Notes: generated from the letters alone by a model not told the origin. A stretch of DNA of 64,000 nt from Okamejei kenojei (GCA_035221665.1 CM069140.1:42904001-42968000), one strand, 5' to 3'; positions 12,571-25,609 are shown, counted from the stretch's first letter. Program-made: numbers and translations.

Positions 12571-13036
12571 CTTGAATTTATTTTGTTCCCTGATAATGAA
12601 TAGTCTGTAAATACCTTTGCTACAACAGCAGGTTGAACGCTGGCCAACTATCAATGAGTGACCCACATGTTGACATTCTCCATCATCCATAAAACACAAG
12701 TCAGAAACATGATGGGTTTGGATGAATGCTGCTTAGAACATTCTAAATAAGCAATTGCAAAAGGGCCATAGGAGTCCACTGATGAGGTGATCAAGAGAGC
12801 GCATCTGCATATTTACTTTCCTTGGCCTCTGAGAAGATTCTGCATGTCCATGAGGATTCTCTTGAACTTCCACAGATTTACATGCTAATTAGGAAGGCTG
12901 GCTCCATCCTGGGGTGAATTTGCATTCATGGGAGGTGGTCTTGGAGGAGAGGATGCTCCTCAAACTGCAGAGCATCATGGACATTACAGCTCACCCCGTC
13001 CATGACACACTGGTCAACCGGAGTACCTTCAGCAAC

Positions 13037-13985
13037 AGGGGGGGGGGGGTTACACAAAATGCTGGAGAAACTCAGCGGGTGCAGCAGCATCTAAGGAGCG
13101 AAGGAGATAGGCGACGTTTCGGGTCGAGACCCTTCTTCAGACTGGTCAGGGATCAGGGAAACGAGAGATATAGATGGTGATGTGAGAGATAAAGAACAAT
13201 GAATGAAAGATATGCAAAAAAGTATCGATGATAAAGGGAACAAGCCATTGTAAGCTGTTTGTGGTGTGAAAATAAGAAGCTAGTGCGACTAGGGTGGGGG
13301 AGGGAGATAGAGATAGAGGGAATGCCAGGGCCCGAGGGCCTGGCCGCTGCTCCAGATGCCAGATGATCTATATCGGTGAGACCAAGCGGAGGCTTGGCGA
13401 TCGTTTCGCCGAACAACTCCGCTCGGTCCGCAAAAACCAACCCGACCTCCCGGTCGCTCAGCACTTCAACTCCCCCTCCCATTCCGTATCCGACCTCTCG
13501 GTCCTGGGCCTCCTCCATGGCCAGAGTGAGCAACACCGCAAGTTGGAGGAACAGCACCTCATATTCCGCTTGGGGAGTTTGCATCCTTTGGGCTTGAACA
13601 TTGAATTTTCTCAATTCTGTTAACCCCTGCTGTCTCCTCCCCCTCCCAACTCTCTCTCAGCCCTCGGGCCCTGGCATTCCCTCTATCTCTATCTCCCTCC
13701 CCCACCCTAGTCGCACTAGCTTCTTATTTTCACACCACAAACAGCTTACAATGGCTTGTTCCCTTTATCATCGATACTTTTTTGCATATCTTTCATTCAT
13801 TGTTCTTTATCTCTCACATCACCGTCTATATCTCTCGTTTCCCTGATCCCTGACCAGTCTGAAGAAGGGTCTCGACCCGAAACGTCGCCTATCTCCTTCG
13901 CTCCTTAGATGCTGCTGCACCCGCTGAGTTTCTCCAGCATTTTGTGTAACCCTCGATTCTCCAGCATCTGCAGTTTCTTCGTTAA
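13037..13985 (+). mobile_element. Penelope-like element (GIY-YIG), 5'-truncated, with inverted pseudo-LTR
   Basis: GIY-YIG C-terminus RCSRCQMIYIGETKRRLGDRFAEQLRSV..PVAQHFN..EQHLIFRLGSLHPLGLN (stop 13623); 293-bp inverted repeats 13047-13339 / 13660-13952; 13-bp TSD TACCTTCAGCAAC (13024-13036, 13986-13998). Confidence 0.9.
13859..13886 (+). ncRNA. putative minimal type I hammerhead ribozyme core in the Penelope pseudo-LTR
   Basis: CTGAAGA-a-GGGTC tc GACCC-GAAA-CGTC: conserved core boxes, stem II, and a palindromic ACGT in place of stem III. Inverted copy at 13113-13140; identical copy at ~28233-28260. Confidence 0.7.
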
Positions 13986-14179
13986 TACCTTCAGCAACTG
14001 ACTGGTTCCACCAAGATGCAGCACAGAACGCCACAGGAGATCGCTTTTTTCAAACTGTACAACTCCTCCCCCTTCTGTCATGGGGTAGACTGGCTCCCCC
14101 CATTTAATATGATGTATCTTGTGTTTTATGACTTGACTGAGCAATTTCCTTCCTGGGATGAATATAGTTCTACCGTATT

Positions 14180-14520
14180 GTATCATATTATGATGGGATA
14201 CATCTTAGCCTGGAATGGCAACTGCTCTGCTCTTGACTGCCTGAACCTGCAGATAGTAGTGAATACAGCCCAATCCATCACAGGCTCGTCACTTCCTTCC
14301 ATCCAGTCCTTCACAGTGTATGGCATTAGGAGGGCTGGAATATCATCAAGGATGTCTGCCACCCTGGCCATTCCCTTTTCTCTCTTCTACCTTCAGGGAG
14401 AAGATACCAGAGCTTGAAAGCCCAGACATTTGGACTTAAGAATAGTTTCTTTCCCACAATTCCCCATAAGGAATTTAATTGCACCCTGGTGTATGTGACA
14501 ATGAACTAATCCGAATCTGA
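14180..14520 (+). mobile_element. Rex1/Babar LINE fragment
   Basis: ILAWNGNCSALDCLNLQIVVNTAQSITGSSLPSI. Confidence 0.6.
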
Positions 14521-15149
14521 GTTACTCACCGAGATAACTTCACTCCCAATCACTTGCGAAAGAACCGGAACAGGCCTTTCAGTCCAAGTCCATAATGACC
14601 AGCAACCACCCATTTCTACTAATCCAACATTATTCCCATTGTTTATTCCCCCCACATTCTCACCAACCTCTTCAGATTTGATTACTCACCCACACACTAG
14701 GTTCAATTTTGAGTGGCCATTTAACCTATGCATATCTGTAGGATGTGGAAGGAACTGCAACATCCAAATTACATACATCAAGATTCCACTAACAGGAGAA
14801 AAACCCGCTGCCAGATAAACTTGTGTTTCTCTTCTCTAATTAATGCTACTGGCAAAGGGTAGAGTGTCCACTTCTCAATGGAATATTATTACTGCCTCAG
14901 CAGTTCAGTCAAGAGGCATCCTGAATTATGTGCCTTCCTCCCACAGTAATCCAACACAGATGGGAGTGCTCCCTCTCAATCAAGTCTACACAATGCAAAC
15001 AATTTATTGATAGTCAAATATTTTATTGATATACCTACTTTCAGCAACTGAAGACATTTTGAAAAGGTATTGTGGTCACTATTTGCAGCCAAGAATTTTG
15101 ACCTATTGTGTACATTTGCATGGGAAGTATGTGTTGTACTTATATAGAA

Positions 15150-15500
15150 ATACACCATGGAAGCAAGCTCTTTGGCCCACCAACTCCATGCTGACCATCA
15201 ATCACCCATTTTCCCTAATCCTACTCTAATCTAATCTAACTTTATTCTCTGCATATTGTCATCAATTCCCTCCTGATTCTACCATTCACCTACACACAAG
15301 GGGCAATATAGAGCAGCAATTAACTTATCAACCTGAACATTTATGGTAAGAGGGGAATAACTGCTGCACCTGGAGGAAACTAATGTGCTCACTGGTAGAA
15401 CATGCAAACTCCATACAGATTGCACCCAGAAATCAGGATTGAACTTGGGTCTCTCGCTCTATGCAACAGCAGCTCTAAAAGCTCTACAACTGCGCTGTCC
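15150..15500 (-). mobile_element. degenerate HE1-like V-SINE
   Basis: Same reverse motifs as 1-305 (GGCCCACCAACTCCATGCTGACC; GAACATGCAAACTCCATACAG). Confidence 0.6.
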
Positions 15501-15651
15501 CTCACATTGCTCAAAGCCTAGATTGATTGATGAACTGAATGTAGTTGGTTTCCTTTTGTCAATATTGCATAATGCAACCTGTAGGAAAGAACAGCATATG
15601 CTGGTTTACACCAAAGATAGACACAAAATGCTGGAGTAACTCAGCAGGTAA

Positions 15652-16356
15652 TGGGCCTGTTCCCACTTAGGCGATTTTTCAGCGGACTGCCGGCGACTGT
15701 CAAGATATCCGGTATCAGGAATGGCGACTGTCAGAGTGAAATGCACGCCCACACACACAAAAACACATCGCATCCTTCATTAGCCCGTTATACAGGCGGG
15801 CTCAGGGCAAGCAGGAGAAGCGCTGTCTCAAAAATGCACACGGTGCAAGGCGAAGGTGATACAGACACACACTGCGATGAACAGGAAGATCAGCGCTGTA
15901 ATTAAGACGGCTAAAGCACAATGTACAATCAGTCCTTTAAAAGACGGGGGGGAGACAACTTTTAAGAAGCCAGAGATACACAGCTGTGAAGCTCAGCGGA
16001 CATTTAACATTACCGGTCGGTTATCCTTGGTTCTGAAAACTACTGCTTACCTTTTTCTTCTCCAATGAGCCAATGAAATTCACCGGTCACCACCAGCTAT
16101 AACCTACGAGAACCTTCGACCTCCTGGCAACCCATTAGGACCTACTGTCGACCTACGGCCCTAGAATTCTCGCTACTCTCCATGGCGGCTTCATTCTAGT
16201 CATGTTGAAAAATTCACGGCAACGATAATAAGGCCGCGACTGCTCGCGTCCCTGAAGGCGACTCCCCGGCAACTACCCGCGAACATGTGGCCACCATGTG
16301 ACGACTGCATAGTCTTCTGCAGCCGCCTAAAAAGTCGCCCAAGTGGGACAGGCCCA
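15652..16356. mobile_element. PIF/Harbinger-type non-autonomous DNA transposon
   Basis: TIRs TGGGCCTG(T)TCCCACTTAGGCGA / TCGCCCAAGTGGGACAGGCCCA with 3-bp TAA TSD; splits a Penelope-derived repeat (CTCAGCAGGTAA|GGCAGCGTCTCTGGAG). Confidence 0.82.
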
Positions 16357-16644
16357 TAAGGCAGCGTCTCTGGAGAAAAAGAATAGGTGACGTTTTGGGT
16401 CGAGACCCTTCAGTCTGAGAGTCAGGGGAGTGGGAATCTTGAGGTATGAAAAGGTACAGAGGCCCAGGGCTGTTTATTCATCTTAATTTTGCTTTATAAT
16501 ATCTCAATTCTGTTCAAAATATTTGTAAACATTAGTTGGTTGGTTTGATTATAAATATGGTGGCAGCAATTGCTCTACAGATAAAATATTGTTTCACAGT
16601 AATTTGGCCTTTAAATATCTTGATATATTTTGTTCCTCTTTTAG

Positions 16645-16795
16645 ACTCCGGGCTCTATTAGAGGTGGCCCACCACCACCCATGCGACTGCCCCCACCTTA
16701 CAAAGAGCCTACAAGTGAGAAATTGTCAGTACTGGAGGAGCGAGAAGAATTACCAAATACTGGCAGGATTCCAAAGGAAGAAAATGAGTGTGACC
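16645..16795 (+). CDS. PATJ: PATJ/INADL coding exon with proline-rich PPPMRLPPPY motif
   Basis: ttcctcttttAG acceptor, GTAAGT donor, ends in phase 1; TPGSIRGGPPPPMRLPPPYKEPTSEKLSVLEEREELPNTGRIPKEENECD resembles PATJ APPPMKLPPPYK. Confidence 0.88.
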
Positions 16796-17633
16796 GTAAG
16801 TTCTGAAAGTGACTGCAAGTTCAGTAAGATATGGTTACATCTCTCCCCCACCCAAGTCGCACCAGGTTCCTGTTCTCATCAAGTAAACAGCTAACAATGA
16901 CCTGTTTCCTTTATTGTTGTTACTTTTATGCATATCTTTCATTCATTCTATATCTTCATTTGTTCTATAGTCTGAAGAAGGGTCTTCTACATCACCCTTT
17001 CCTTCTCTCCAGATATGTTGCCTGTCCTTCAGAGATACTACTGCATTTTGTGGCTATCTCTACAAACATTTAGTCATTTCCCCTAATATTTCCAAATTTG
17101 GGTTCCAACATATCCTAGTTTTGTTGAGAGTGTGCTTGTGAAGAATCTTGAAATGTATACTGTTGTTGCATAAATACTTGGTTTTATATGTTGCATTAAA
17201 TAAATCAAAGTAAACCTGAATGCTGTCTGGAGCACATTGCTTTTCAGCATGGAATGCTACCTCATTTGTAGACTTGTGAGTTGAGCATTTGATTCATCAT
17301 TGAACTTCTGGCCCTCTGGTGGAAAATATTGTTGACAAATTCTGTGTTGAATACTTGGTATCATTAAAAGCTTTTTCACATTCAAGTTATCAGTTGAGAA
17401 AATTGAGAAAAGGATAAAATATGCGGCTATATTTTGTAGGGACATCCTAATAAAAATGCATTTAATGATGTCACCTTTGGGCCTAATTATAAATGCTTGA
17501 AAAAATAATGTATGATTAATGAAGGTGAAATTCAATTCAGTGTGAATAGTTCCCTGCTATTTTCAGGTTTTGGAGTGTTTTCAGTTCTGCAAAATTTCTA
17601 GATCATTAAAAAATATGGAAACTGATGATTTAG

Positions 17634-18054
17634 AAGATTGAGGGGGGATCTTATAGAAACTTACAAAATTCTTAAGGGGCTGGACAGGCTAGATGCAGGA
17701 AGATTGTTCCCGATGTTGGGGAAGTCCAGGACAAGGGGTCATAGTTTAAGGATAAGGGGGAAATCTTTTAGGACCGAGATGAGAAAAACATTTTTCACAC
17801 AGAGTGGTGAATCTGTGGAATTCTCTGCCACAGAAGATAGTTGAGGGCAGTTCATGAAGGTAGTTGAGGGCAGTTCATTGGCTATATGTAAGAGGGAGTT
17901 AGATGTGGCCCTTGTGGCTAAAGGGATCAGGGGGTATGGAGAGAAGGCAGGTAAGGGATACTGAGTTGGATGATCATCCATGATCATATTGAATGGCGGT
18001 GCAGGCTCGAAGGGCCGAATGGCCTACTCCTGCACCTATTTTCTATGTTTCTAT
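17634..18054 (+). mobile_element. CR1 LINE 3' end
   Basis: RGDLIETYKILKGLDRLDAGRLFP..RTRGHSLRIRG; tail CCTACTCCTGCACCTATTTTCTATGTTTCTATG. Confidence 0.88.
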
Positions 18055-18549
18055 GATTTTGGGAAACCATCTCTTTAAGAGTAATTTCACTTTAGCTTTT
18101 AACAATGTTCCCTTGAAGGGTTTTGGGATGTTTTGGTTCGATAAAGCTGCTATTTAAATGTGCTTTCCTATATGTTGGTTGAATGATGTCCGATTCTTAT
18201 GGTTTAATCGTGTTTTCCCTCTTTGCTGCTGAAACCATCATACTACTGCTCAGTTTTCTGAACCAAATATAAAAATAGTGCTGATTAAGGGGAGAGAAAT
18301 GTATTGATTATTTTCCATTCAGAAGCTCACCCCTACAAAGTTTTGGATTTATATTCTGAGCAGATTCTTGATACATTTTGAAAAAAAGATACAGAGTGCT
18401 GTAGAGACTCGGAGGGTCAGGCAACATCCCTGGAGAACATGGATAGGTGATATTTCAGGTTCTGACCCTTCTTCCGACTGATTGTAAGGGTTTAGGGTGG
18501 AGGGGCCGGGGAGGAAAGCTAGAAGAGACTTGATACTCATATCCAAACA

Positions 18550-18783
18550 CACAGGTTCCCAACCTTTTTCGTCCCGTTTACCACTGGCAACTTTAATGGC
18601 GCATAACAAGTTATTTCACTTATTTATAAACAACTAATGATGAACAGATACCAGTATACCAGGACCAAACACAGTCAGTCAATGAGAAAATATATGTAAA
18701 AATCCAGAATCAATAAATTTACCCCCTGGGTAGGCAAAGTTTTCTCCCCTGGAGGTAAATTTACCCCAGGTTGGGAACGCTTG
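18550..18783. mobile_element. hAT/Charlie-like MITE
   Basis: Imperfect TIRs CACAGGTTCCCAACC / GGTTGGGAACGCTTG with subterminal TTTACCCC repeats; TSD not evident. Confidence 0.6.
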
Positions 18784-18948
18784 ACACAGAAGATTTCACT
18801 GGTAAACCTTATTGTATGGCATATTATTGCTAACAATCGGGTAACCGTTCTAAGATTATTAATGTTGATTTAAAATCAATAATTAAATAGTATTAACAAA
18901 GAAATTTGGATTTTATGGCTTTAACATTTGCTCTCCAATGGATTTGAT

Positions 18949-19043
18949 TAACCATATAACCATATAACCATATAACCATATAACAATTACAGCACGGAGA
19001 CAGGCCCTCTCGGCCCTTCCAGTCCGTGCCGACCATTTGTTTT
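18949..19043 (-). mobile_element. extremely 5'-truncated CR1 3' tail with (TAACCATA)n microsatellite
   Basis: Reverse of the 4545-4617 tail with four octamer repeats. Confidence 0.75.
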
Positions 19044-19176
19044 GCCGAAAAGGCAAATTAAACGAATAAGAATATTTCTGTATGTATAACAGATGCTTTA
19101 TAATACCGATATATATTTGACAGCCAGCAGGAGCAATTGTAAAAGTTTAAAAACTATATATCTTATTAGTAAAGTT

Positions 19177-20032
19177 TTTTTTGGTTTTTTAAATATTTTT
19201 ATTAGAAGTCATGTACAGTAGTATAAACCAAGAATAACATAATACATTTCATGTACAACTTGTTTTAAAATTTAATAATAGAAAAGTAGCAGAAGCAAGA
19301 AAAAGAAAGAAAGAGAAAGTTGGTGATATTGATAGTTCATGAAAAAGTAGAGAGAGAGCCCATAAAGATGTAAAGCACGAAAAAGAGAGAAAAAACAAAA
19401 ACAAAAATTTAAAATAAAAATAAAAATAGGAAAATAAAACAAATAAAAAATAAAAATAAAATAAAAGGGATAAACCTGCTTTGTATCTTTACACACCCCT
19501 CACCCGGTTCTGAAACAATTAATTTCCAGGGTTATGTCGCACCATATGCTGGTAATAAGTCGATAAAGGGAGACCAGATCTTTAAGAATTGGTCTGATTT
19601 CCCTGCTAGGCCGAATCTCATATCTTCGAGGTGTAACATTTCAGACATGTTTGAAATCCACATTTTAAGTGTTGGTGTGGGTGCATTTTTTCAGAATTTT
19701 AGTATAAGTTTTTTTGCCGTTATTAAGCCATAGTTAAGGAAAATCTTTTGGAATGAAGTCAGCTCAAAGCCGGCTTCCATTGTTCCAAAGATAATCAATT
19801 CTGCGTTGGGGTTCAATTTTATTTTAAATAATTTTGTGAAAATTTCAAAAATGTCATTCCAAAATGTATGGATTTTTATGCAGGTGACAAAGGAGTGTGC
19901 TGTGGTTGCATCTTGAGATAAGCATTTATCACAGATGGGAGAAACATTTGGAAAAATTATATTCAGTTTAGTTTTCGAGTAATATCTATGTAAAATTTTA
20001 AATTGAATTAACGTCTTACATTGAGCGAGCAT
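19177..20032 (-). mobile_element. L1/Tx1-clade LINE, 5'-truncated
   Basis: ORF2 C-terminus QFKILHR..ICDKC..HSFVTC; poly-T (poly-A on minus) at left; 14-bp TSD TTATTAGTAAAGTT (19163-19176, 20033-20046). Confidence 0.85.
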
Positions 20033-20889
20033 TTATTAGTAAAGTTGAAGACCATTTCCGAGCTCCCCTCGATTTGGCTGTTTACTCAAATTTCAATTCT
20101 TTAATGCGATAGTTATGTGTGAATTATTTTTATTCACTAGTTTATTGACCAGTGTTACCTTAGTAATGTAACAGTTGGACTAATTCACACCTGAATAATA
20201 AGAAAAAATATTGTCTTTTGTTATTTGACATTGTAATTATAATGGAATGGATTATTTTGTTCTTAGATCTTAAACTGCAAAAACATATTTAACAAAACAA
20301 ACATTTGAGCATTATCCATGATTGCAAAGTTAGCTTCTCACTGCATGAGCACAAAAAAGTACTTAATATAATTCAATTTCTATCTTTCTATTACTTATGA
20401 TGGTGGTTAAAATATAAAACTAAACAGATTTACTTCTTGATTTAGGTTAATAAGTCATTATGCTTTTTCGGCATTTGGAAATGGAGTTTAAATTGCGTAA
20501 TGTCAGAAGCCACAAATGCATTATTTGTGTCTTCCTGTTGTGATGCAAATTAGGTCATTAAACTGATTTTGAATTTATGTTAGCAAATGTATTGGTTGCC
20601 CTTTCGGTTCTTCCAGCTCACAGAGAAATCAAACTTGCAATATAAGTAGGTTGGCTCCATTTCATTCATCAAAATGCTCATTTTGTTTTTAATCTTCGTA
20701 TGTAGGAGCTAGCAATTAATCTTTCAAGATATTTATTACTTTTAGTTTAAAAAATCTAGGCAACGTGGGTACAAATTGGGAATGGTTCACTATTTGTGGC
20801 CGAGATTATCACCTCCTTATCCATCAACAAATGTTCAGCTGCCTTATTCCATGACACATTAAAACAAACTGCTGGAAGACATTAGTGGG

Positions 20890-21420
20890 TTGAGAGTCAT
20901 AAAGACACACAGCACAGAAACAGGCCCTTCAGCCCAACTCATCTATGCCAACAAAGATGCCCAATCTAAACTAGTCATTTTCGCCCACTTTTGACCCGCA
21001 TGCACCTGGCTCTGGCATCCCAATTCATACATTCACCACCATCTGAGAGAAAATATTGCCCTTCGGGTGCATATTAAATTATTTACCCTCTCAACTTAAC
21101 CCTATATCCTCTGGTTCTTACCTCAGATAAAGGACACTGCATTTACCCCATTAATTCACCTCATGGTTTTATAAACTTCTATAAGATCACCCCTTAGCCT
21201 CCTGTGCTTCAAGGAATAAAGTCCTACCTTTCCAAATCTTTCCCTATAGGTCAAAGCCTTTGAGTCCTTCCAACTACAGCATGACCGAAACTGTACACAA
21301 TACTCCAAATGCAACCTCACCATTGTCTTGTACAACTGTAACATAATGCCCCAATTTTTATACTCAATACTGAATGTACCCCAAACTTTATTACCCTATT
21401 TACCTGTGACTCGTTTTCAG
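20890..21420 (-). mobile_element. degenerate CR1 LINE fragment
   Basis: MLQLYKTMVRLHLEYCVQF...LYSLKHRRLRGDLIEVYK. Confidence 0.75.
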
Positions 21421-22371
21421 AGTTGAGCACCATTGGTGGAGACAAATGGATAGATTATATTTCTGGTTGAGAGCATGCAGAAGGAACTGCTGAGTTGTTC
21501 CAGTAGTTTTTTTTTCCTCCAGATTACACATTTCTAATCTCTTGTGTCTCTGCCTCCTTCAGTTCTGGTCCAGTCAATGAAGCATCAGGGGAAGGTGGGG
21601 ATAATGACTGAAACTGCAAGGGGGTGCACTCAGAAAAGAGTCAGTGGTAGTGTGGGTGCAGTAAGTAGAAAAATGGGGAGGCAGCCAAGGGTTGACTGTA
21701 AAGCATGTACCTTCACTTTGAGGGGGTGGTGTAATGGTTGAATATGTTTGGGGGTTCAGTGAGTGAAGAGGCAGCAGGTGGGGCAATACAGTGAGTGAAA
21801 GAACAGAGAAGAGCAATTGCAATCAGGGAATAAGTGCTGCAGATAAATGTAGTGTTTGAACCTTTTTGAACCTTCAGCAAAAAACAAGCTGCTGGAGGAA
21901 CTCAGCAGGTCAACCATCCAGCATTTGTTTTTGGGGGGAATTGTTAGTGTATGGTGTTTCCTTCTTGAATGTTTGAGAAAGGCCAGTGAAGAGTGAGGAG
22001 ATGATGAGGGATGATGAGATGCTGCCTCACCCGCTGAGTTTCTCCAGCAATTTTTTCTACCTTGGATTTTTCCAGCGTCTGCAGTTCCTTCTTAAACAGA
22101 TGGTGAGGATGATACTGTTTGTATCTTTAAACAGGACTAAAAACAAGTACACTGCTACCCACGTGGCATTGTCCCACAGAGTGCTCAGACTTTCTAGTGT
22201 ACGTAGTTCTCCATTGTGAGTACTTGCAGATATAAAGCGCGCTGAAAGAAATAAAACACCCAGTGCAATACAGTAATATGCCCTTCTGCCCATCAATGTC
22301 TGCACCAACCATGATGTCATTACAAACAATTCTATCTGCTTGAGTTCAGAACTGTGCCACCCGGTTTGAGT

Positions 22372-22650
22372 GGCTCAGTGGTGCAGCGTTAGAGTTGCTG
22401 CCTTACAGCGCCAGAGACCCTGGTTCGATCCTGACTTTGGGTGCTGTCTATATGGAGCTTGTACGTTCTCCCTGTGACTGAGTGGGTTTCCAACAAGTGC
22501 TCTGGTGTCCTCCCACACTCCAAAGATGTACAGGCTTGTAGGTTAATTGACTTCTATAAATTGTAAATTGTCCCTAGTGTGTAGGGTGATCGTTAGTCAG
22601 AGCATACTTGGTGGGTCAAAGGGCTTGCTTCCATGCTGTATGTCGAAAGT
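22372..22650 (+). mobile_element. tRNA-derived V-SINE (HE1-like)
   Basis: A-box TGGTGCAGCGTTAG, B-box GGTTCGATCC, V-domain CTGGTGTCCTCCCACACTCCAAAG, CR1-like tail. Confidence 0.8.
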
Positions 22651-24381
22651 ATAAACTCGTCCTCTGGCTCTACCACAGGAACAAATGACCTATGATTCAG
22701 TGAGGAACGTCAGTCTGTGAAGACTGATGATGGATGGAAGCTTGTTACCACCAACGCCCCTCCCCACTCTCACTGAGAGGGGAAGTGGTGACTTCCATCA
22801 TTTAGTTGGCATTCATTAGGAAGTGATGAGAGAGAATTCTTCATGCTCGCCAGAGTGCAGTCGGTTCCTGCACGTCGCAGTGCTGAGCAACTCCACTACT
22901 CGCCCTAGTACCTCTGTACCAAAATGTGGACAGTTCATTCCTGACACAGTAGTACACAGCAGAAGGGAGGACTGGGGATAGTTACAGGTTCTCTGCAAAA
23001 TGTTGCTGTCAGTATTGTGTCATTACATATTTGATGCTACAATGACCGATTTATAGCACCCTTGTTTCTGGGAACATGTTAACATGTTCTGAGCAGTGTG
23101 AGGTATCCAGTGTATCTGTTTATGTACAGTTAAAGTTATGCTTATGAATGGTGCACAGATGAGTGGATTGTAAATCAGGCCCCACATAAACATTGTGCAC
23201 CATTAGCTTACAGTATGTTTTTTGGGTTGTATTTCAGCATCCTGGCAGACCAAACAGTGCTTTATTTAATATTCACGAATGCTAATGGCCAGATCTGTTT
23301 AAATGATTTTATCAGTAAAGTAGTTTTAATGATGAAAGTAGCAATGTTACAAAATTTTCAGGTTTTAAAAATCGTCTGCAATTTATCCCATCAGATAAAG
23401 CATAAAAATAAGTTTAATTTGACACCTAATTCACTTTCATATCTTCAGTATAAAATAAGTTATGGCCATTTTCATACTCTGAAATTAGCATCTTGTTCTC
23501 TATTGCTTTTCCATTGACTTAACTCAAAAGCTGTGATCGAGGACAGTCAAAAGCCCATAACTTTCTTAAAAATTAAGAGAACTGAATGAAATTTTCAGTT
23601 ATTATAGATTGAAGCATTCTGAAACAAATATGAAATAATCTTACTTGGATGACCTGAAATTAAAGCATATAATTATAATACAGTTATTTATAGTTATTTA
23701 CCTAATTGTAGCTAATTACAAAATTCAATTACTAGATCTAAACATCTATCCATTTCTTAAGAAAAGGTTAGCATTTTTAAATACCCTGTGTCCAAATAAC
23801 ATTCACACAAGAATTCACAATATAACATGATTTTTAAATCTCATTGTCATGAATTTAGAGGCCAAATGGAAGGAATTTAGTGTTTCATTCCCGTAAATTA
23901 ATGGACATTTTAATCATCTTGCGAGTGGAACGCGATTTTGTGGAACTCGATTGATTGGAACGTTTGCGGTGAATTTAAACCCCATGTCGGCAGGAAAAAC
24001 ACTGTCGGTTCGTATATTTACATAATCGCATTTTCGCTGATGAAATTTTGATTAAAGTAATCCTAAGAAGCAATTTTATATGTAAAACTGGACTAAGTGG
24101 TACCCTTTGGGTCCCATGTTCACACGAGAGGGCTGGTCCCCCAACGCAATATTCCACCTCTCCACCAATTCCAATATTGGTGGCCAGTGGGGATGGGGGG
24201 GGACTTTCTGAAGTGCTGGTATGCAGGGACTACAGGGACTACTGGTCCTCAGAGGGCTAGTATGGACACTGTGGGCCAAATGGATCCTTGGGGTGGCAGC
24301 TCAGTCCCTCAAGCCTGATGTGCTGGCAGCTCACTCATGGCTGGTGGGCTGGCAGTTGACTCACGGCTATTCCTTGAAATT

Positions 24382-24733
24382 CCATTTCAAGCAGAGTGCA
24401 AGGTCACCAAATTCAAATCCATTTTCCTACCATTTCAAGCAGGGTGCAAGGCCACCAAATTCAAGTGCAGTTTCATACCATTTCAAGGAGGGTGCAAGGC
24501 CACCAAATTCAAATGCAGTTTAATACCACATCAAGCAGGGTGCAAGGCCACCAAATTCAAGTGCAGTTTCCAACACTTCAAGCAGGGTGCAAGGCCACCA
24601 AATTCAAGTGCAGTTTAATACCATTTCAAGGAAGGTGCAAGGTCACCAAATTCAAATGCAGTTTCATACCATTTCATGCAGGGTGCAACAACACCACATT
24701 CAAATGCAGTTTCATACCATTTCAAGCAGGGTG
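24382..24733. repeat. 48-bp minisatellite, ~7.3 copies
   Basis: Unit CCATTTCAAGCAGGGTGCAAGGCCACCAAATTCAAGTGCAGTTTCATA. Confidence 0.92.
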
Positions 24734-25103
24734 AAACCGTCATAAAGCCACACAAAACACCCTACTCACAGTTCAGTAGACATTCAGTATGTTCAGTTGA
24801 TTCACAGCTCAAACAGAGTTGTGACCTCTCCCTCCCATCATGCAGAGACTGAGCCACACCCATACTTCCAGATTTTATAATCCCTCCCCCTCCCACCGGA
24901 AAAGACGTGATTGACAGGAGAGAGATTCTCAACATTTTTTAAACACTAATAACATTTTTATTTTTCATTGATGCGGAAAAACCCTCTGCAGCTGATGAGC
25001 GGAGAGGGGCTGAGTAAGATGGCCAAGAATCACAGCTGTAAGTGGTAGTGTTTTATCTAAATTCAATATAGTGCAAACAGGAAGTTGTCAAGTTTAGCCA
25101 AAG

Positions 25104-25330
25104 TTTTGCACTGCCCTTTTACTTCAACCCAAAACCCCCCAAACAACCCTTTGCACTGCCTTTTTACTTCAACCCCAAACCCCCCCCCCCCCCCCCAAAC
25201 AACCATTTGCAGTGTCTTTTTACTTCAAACCAAAAACCCCCCAAACAACCATTTGCACTGTCTTTTTACTTCAACCGAAAAAACCCCCAACCATTAGCAC
25301 TGCCTTTTTACCTCAACCCAAAATCCCCCC
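25104..25330. repeat. ~45-bp tandem repeat, ~5 copies
   Basis: Unit TTTGCACTGCCTTTTTACTTCAACCCAAAACCCCCCAAACAACC. Confidence 0.85.
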
Positions 25331-25609
25331 ACCTCTCCCCCTCCCTTCCCACCCTCTCCTCGCCTCCCTTCCCACCCTCTCCTACCCTCCACCCCCTCTC
25401 CCTCTGACTCTTGCCCCTCTCTCTGCCCCCTCTCTCTGTCTCTGCCCCTTCTCGTTCTGCCCTCACTCTCTACCCCCCCCCCCCCGCCCCCAGAAGCGCC
25501 TGCCAGTTGGGGGCTATGCGTCAGTAGATAGGGCCGTTATGGGGTAAAAGGAGCAAATTAATATAATATCAAGGGGTAGTTAGCTTGTGTGTGTGATGCC
25601 GCATGCTGC

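Larger units (their letters stand above)
12880..14165 (+). mobile_element. Rex1/Babar LINE 3' fragment interrupted by a Penelope element
   Basis: EERMLLKLQSIMDITAHPVHDTLVNRSTFSN resumes after 13998 as LVPPRCSTERHRRS. Confidence 0.7.
24088..25600 (-). mobile_element. probable non-autonomous Helitron (3' end at 24088; 5' extent uncertain)
   Basis: Minus strand ends with hairpin TGGGACCC-AAA-GGGTACCA, then CTTAGT-CCAG|T (CTAG variant); contains minisatellites. The 5' TC end was not located. Confidence 0.5.

Noticed and set aside
13153-13614. 153-aa minus-strand ORF and similar ORFs at 13601-14034
   Set aside because: Antisense or pseudo-LTR frames of the Penelope element; duplicated peptides come from the inverted repeat.
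22372-22445. tRNA gene
   Set aside because: A and B boxes continue into the V-SINE body and CR1-like tail, so it is a SINE head.
23072-23089. Palindrome GAACATGTTAACATGTTC as a p53 site
   Set aside because: CATG cores are 8 bp apart rather than 10; no other support.
24382-24733. CRISPR-like regular repeat array
   Set aside because: Contiguous 48-bp tandem units without unique spacers, no cas genes, eukaryotic context.
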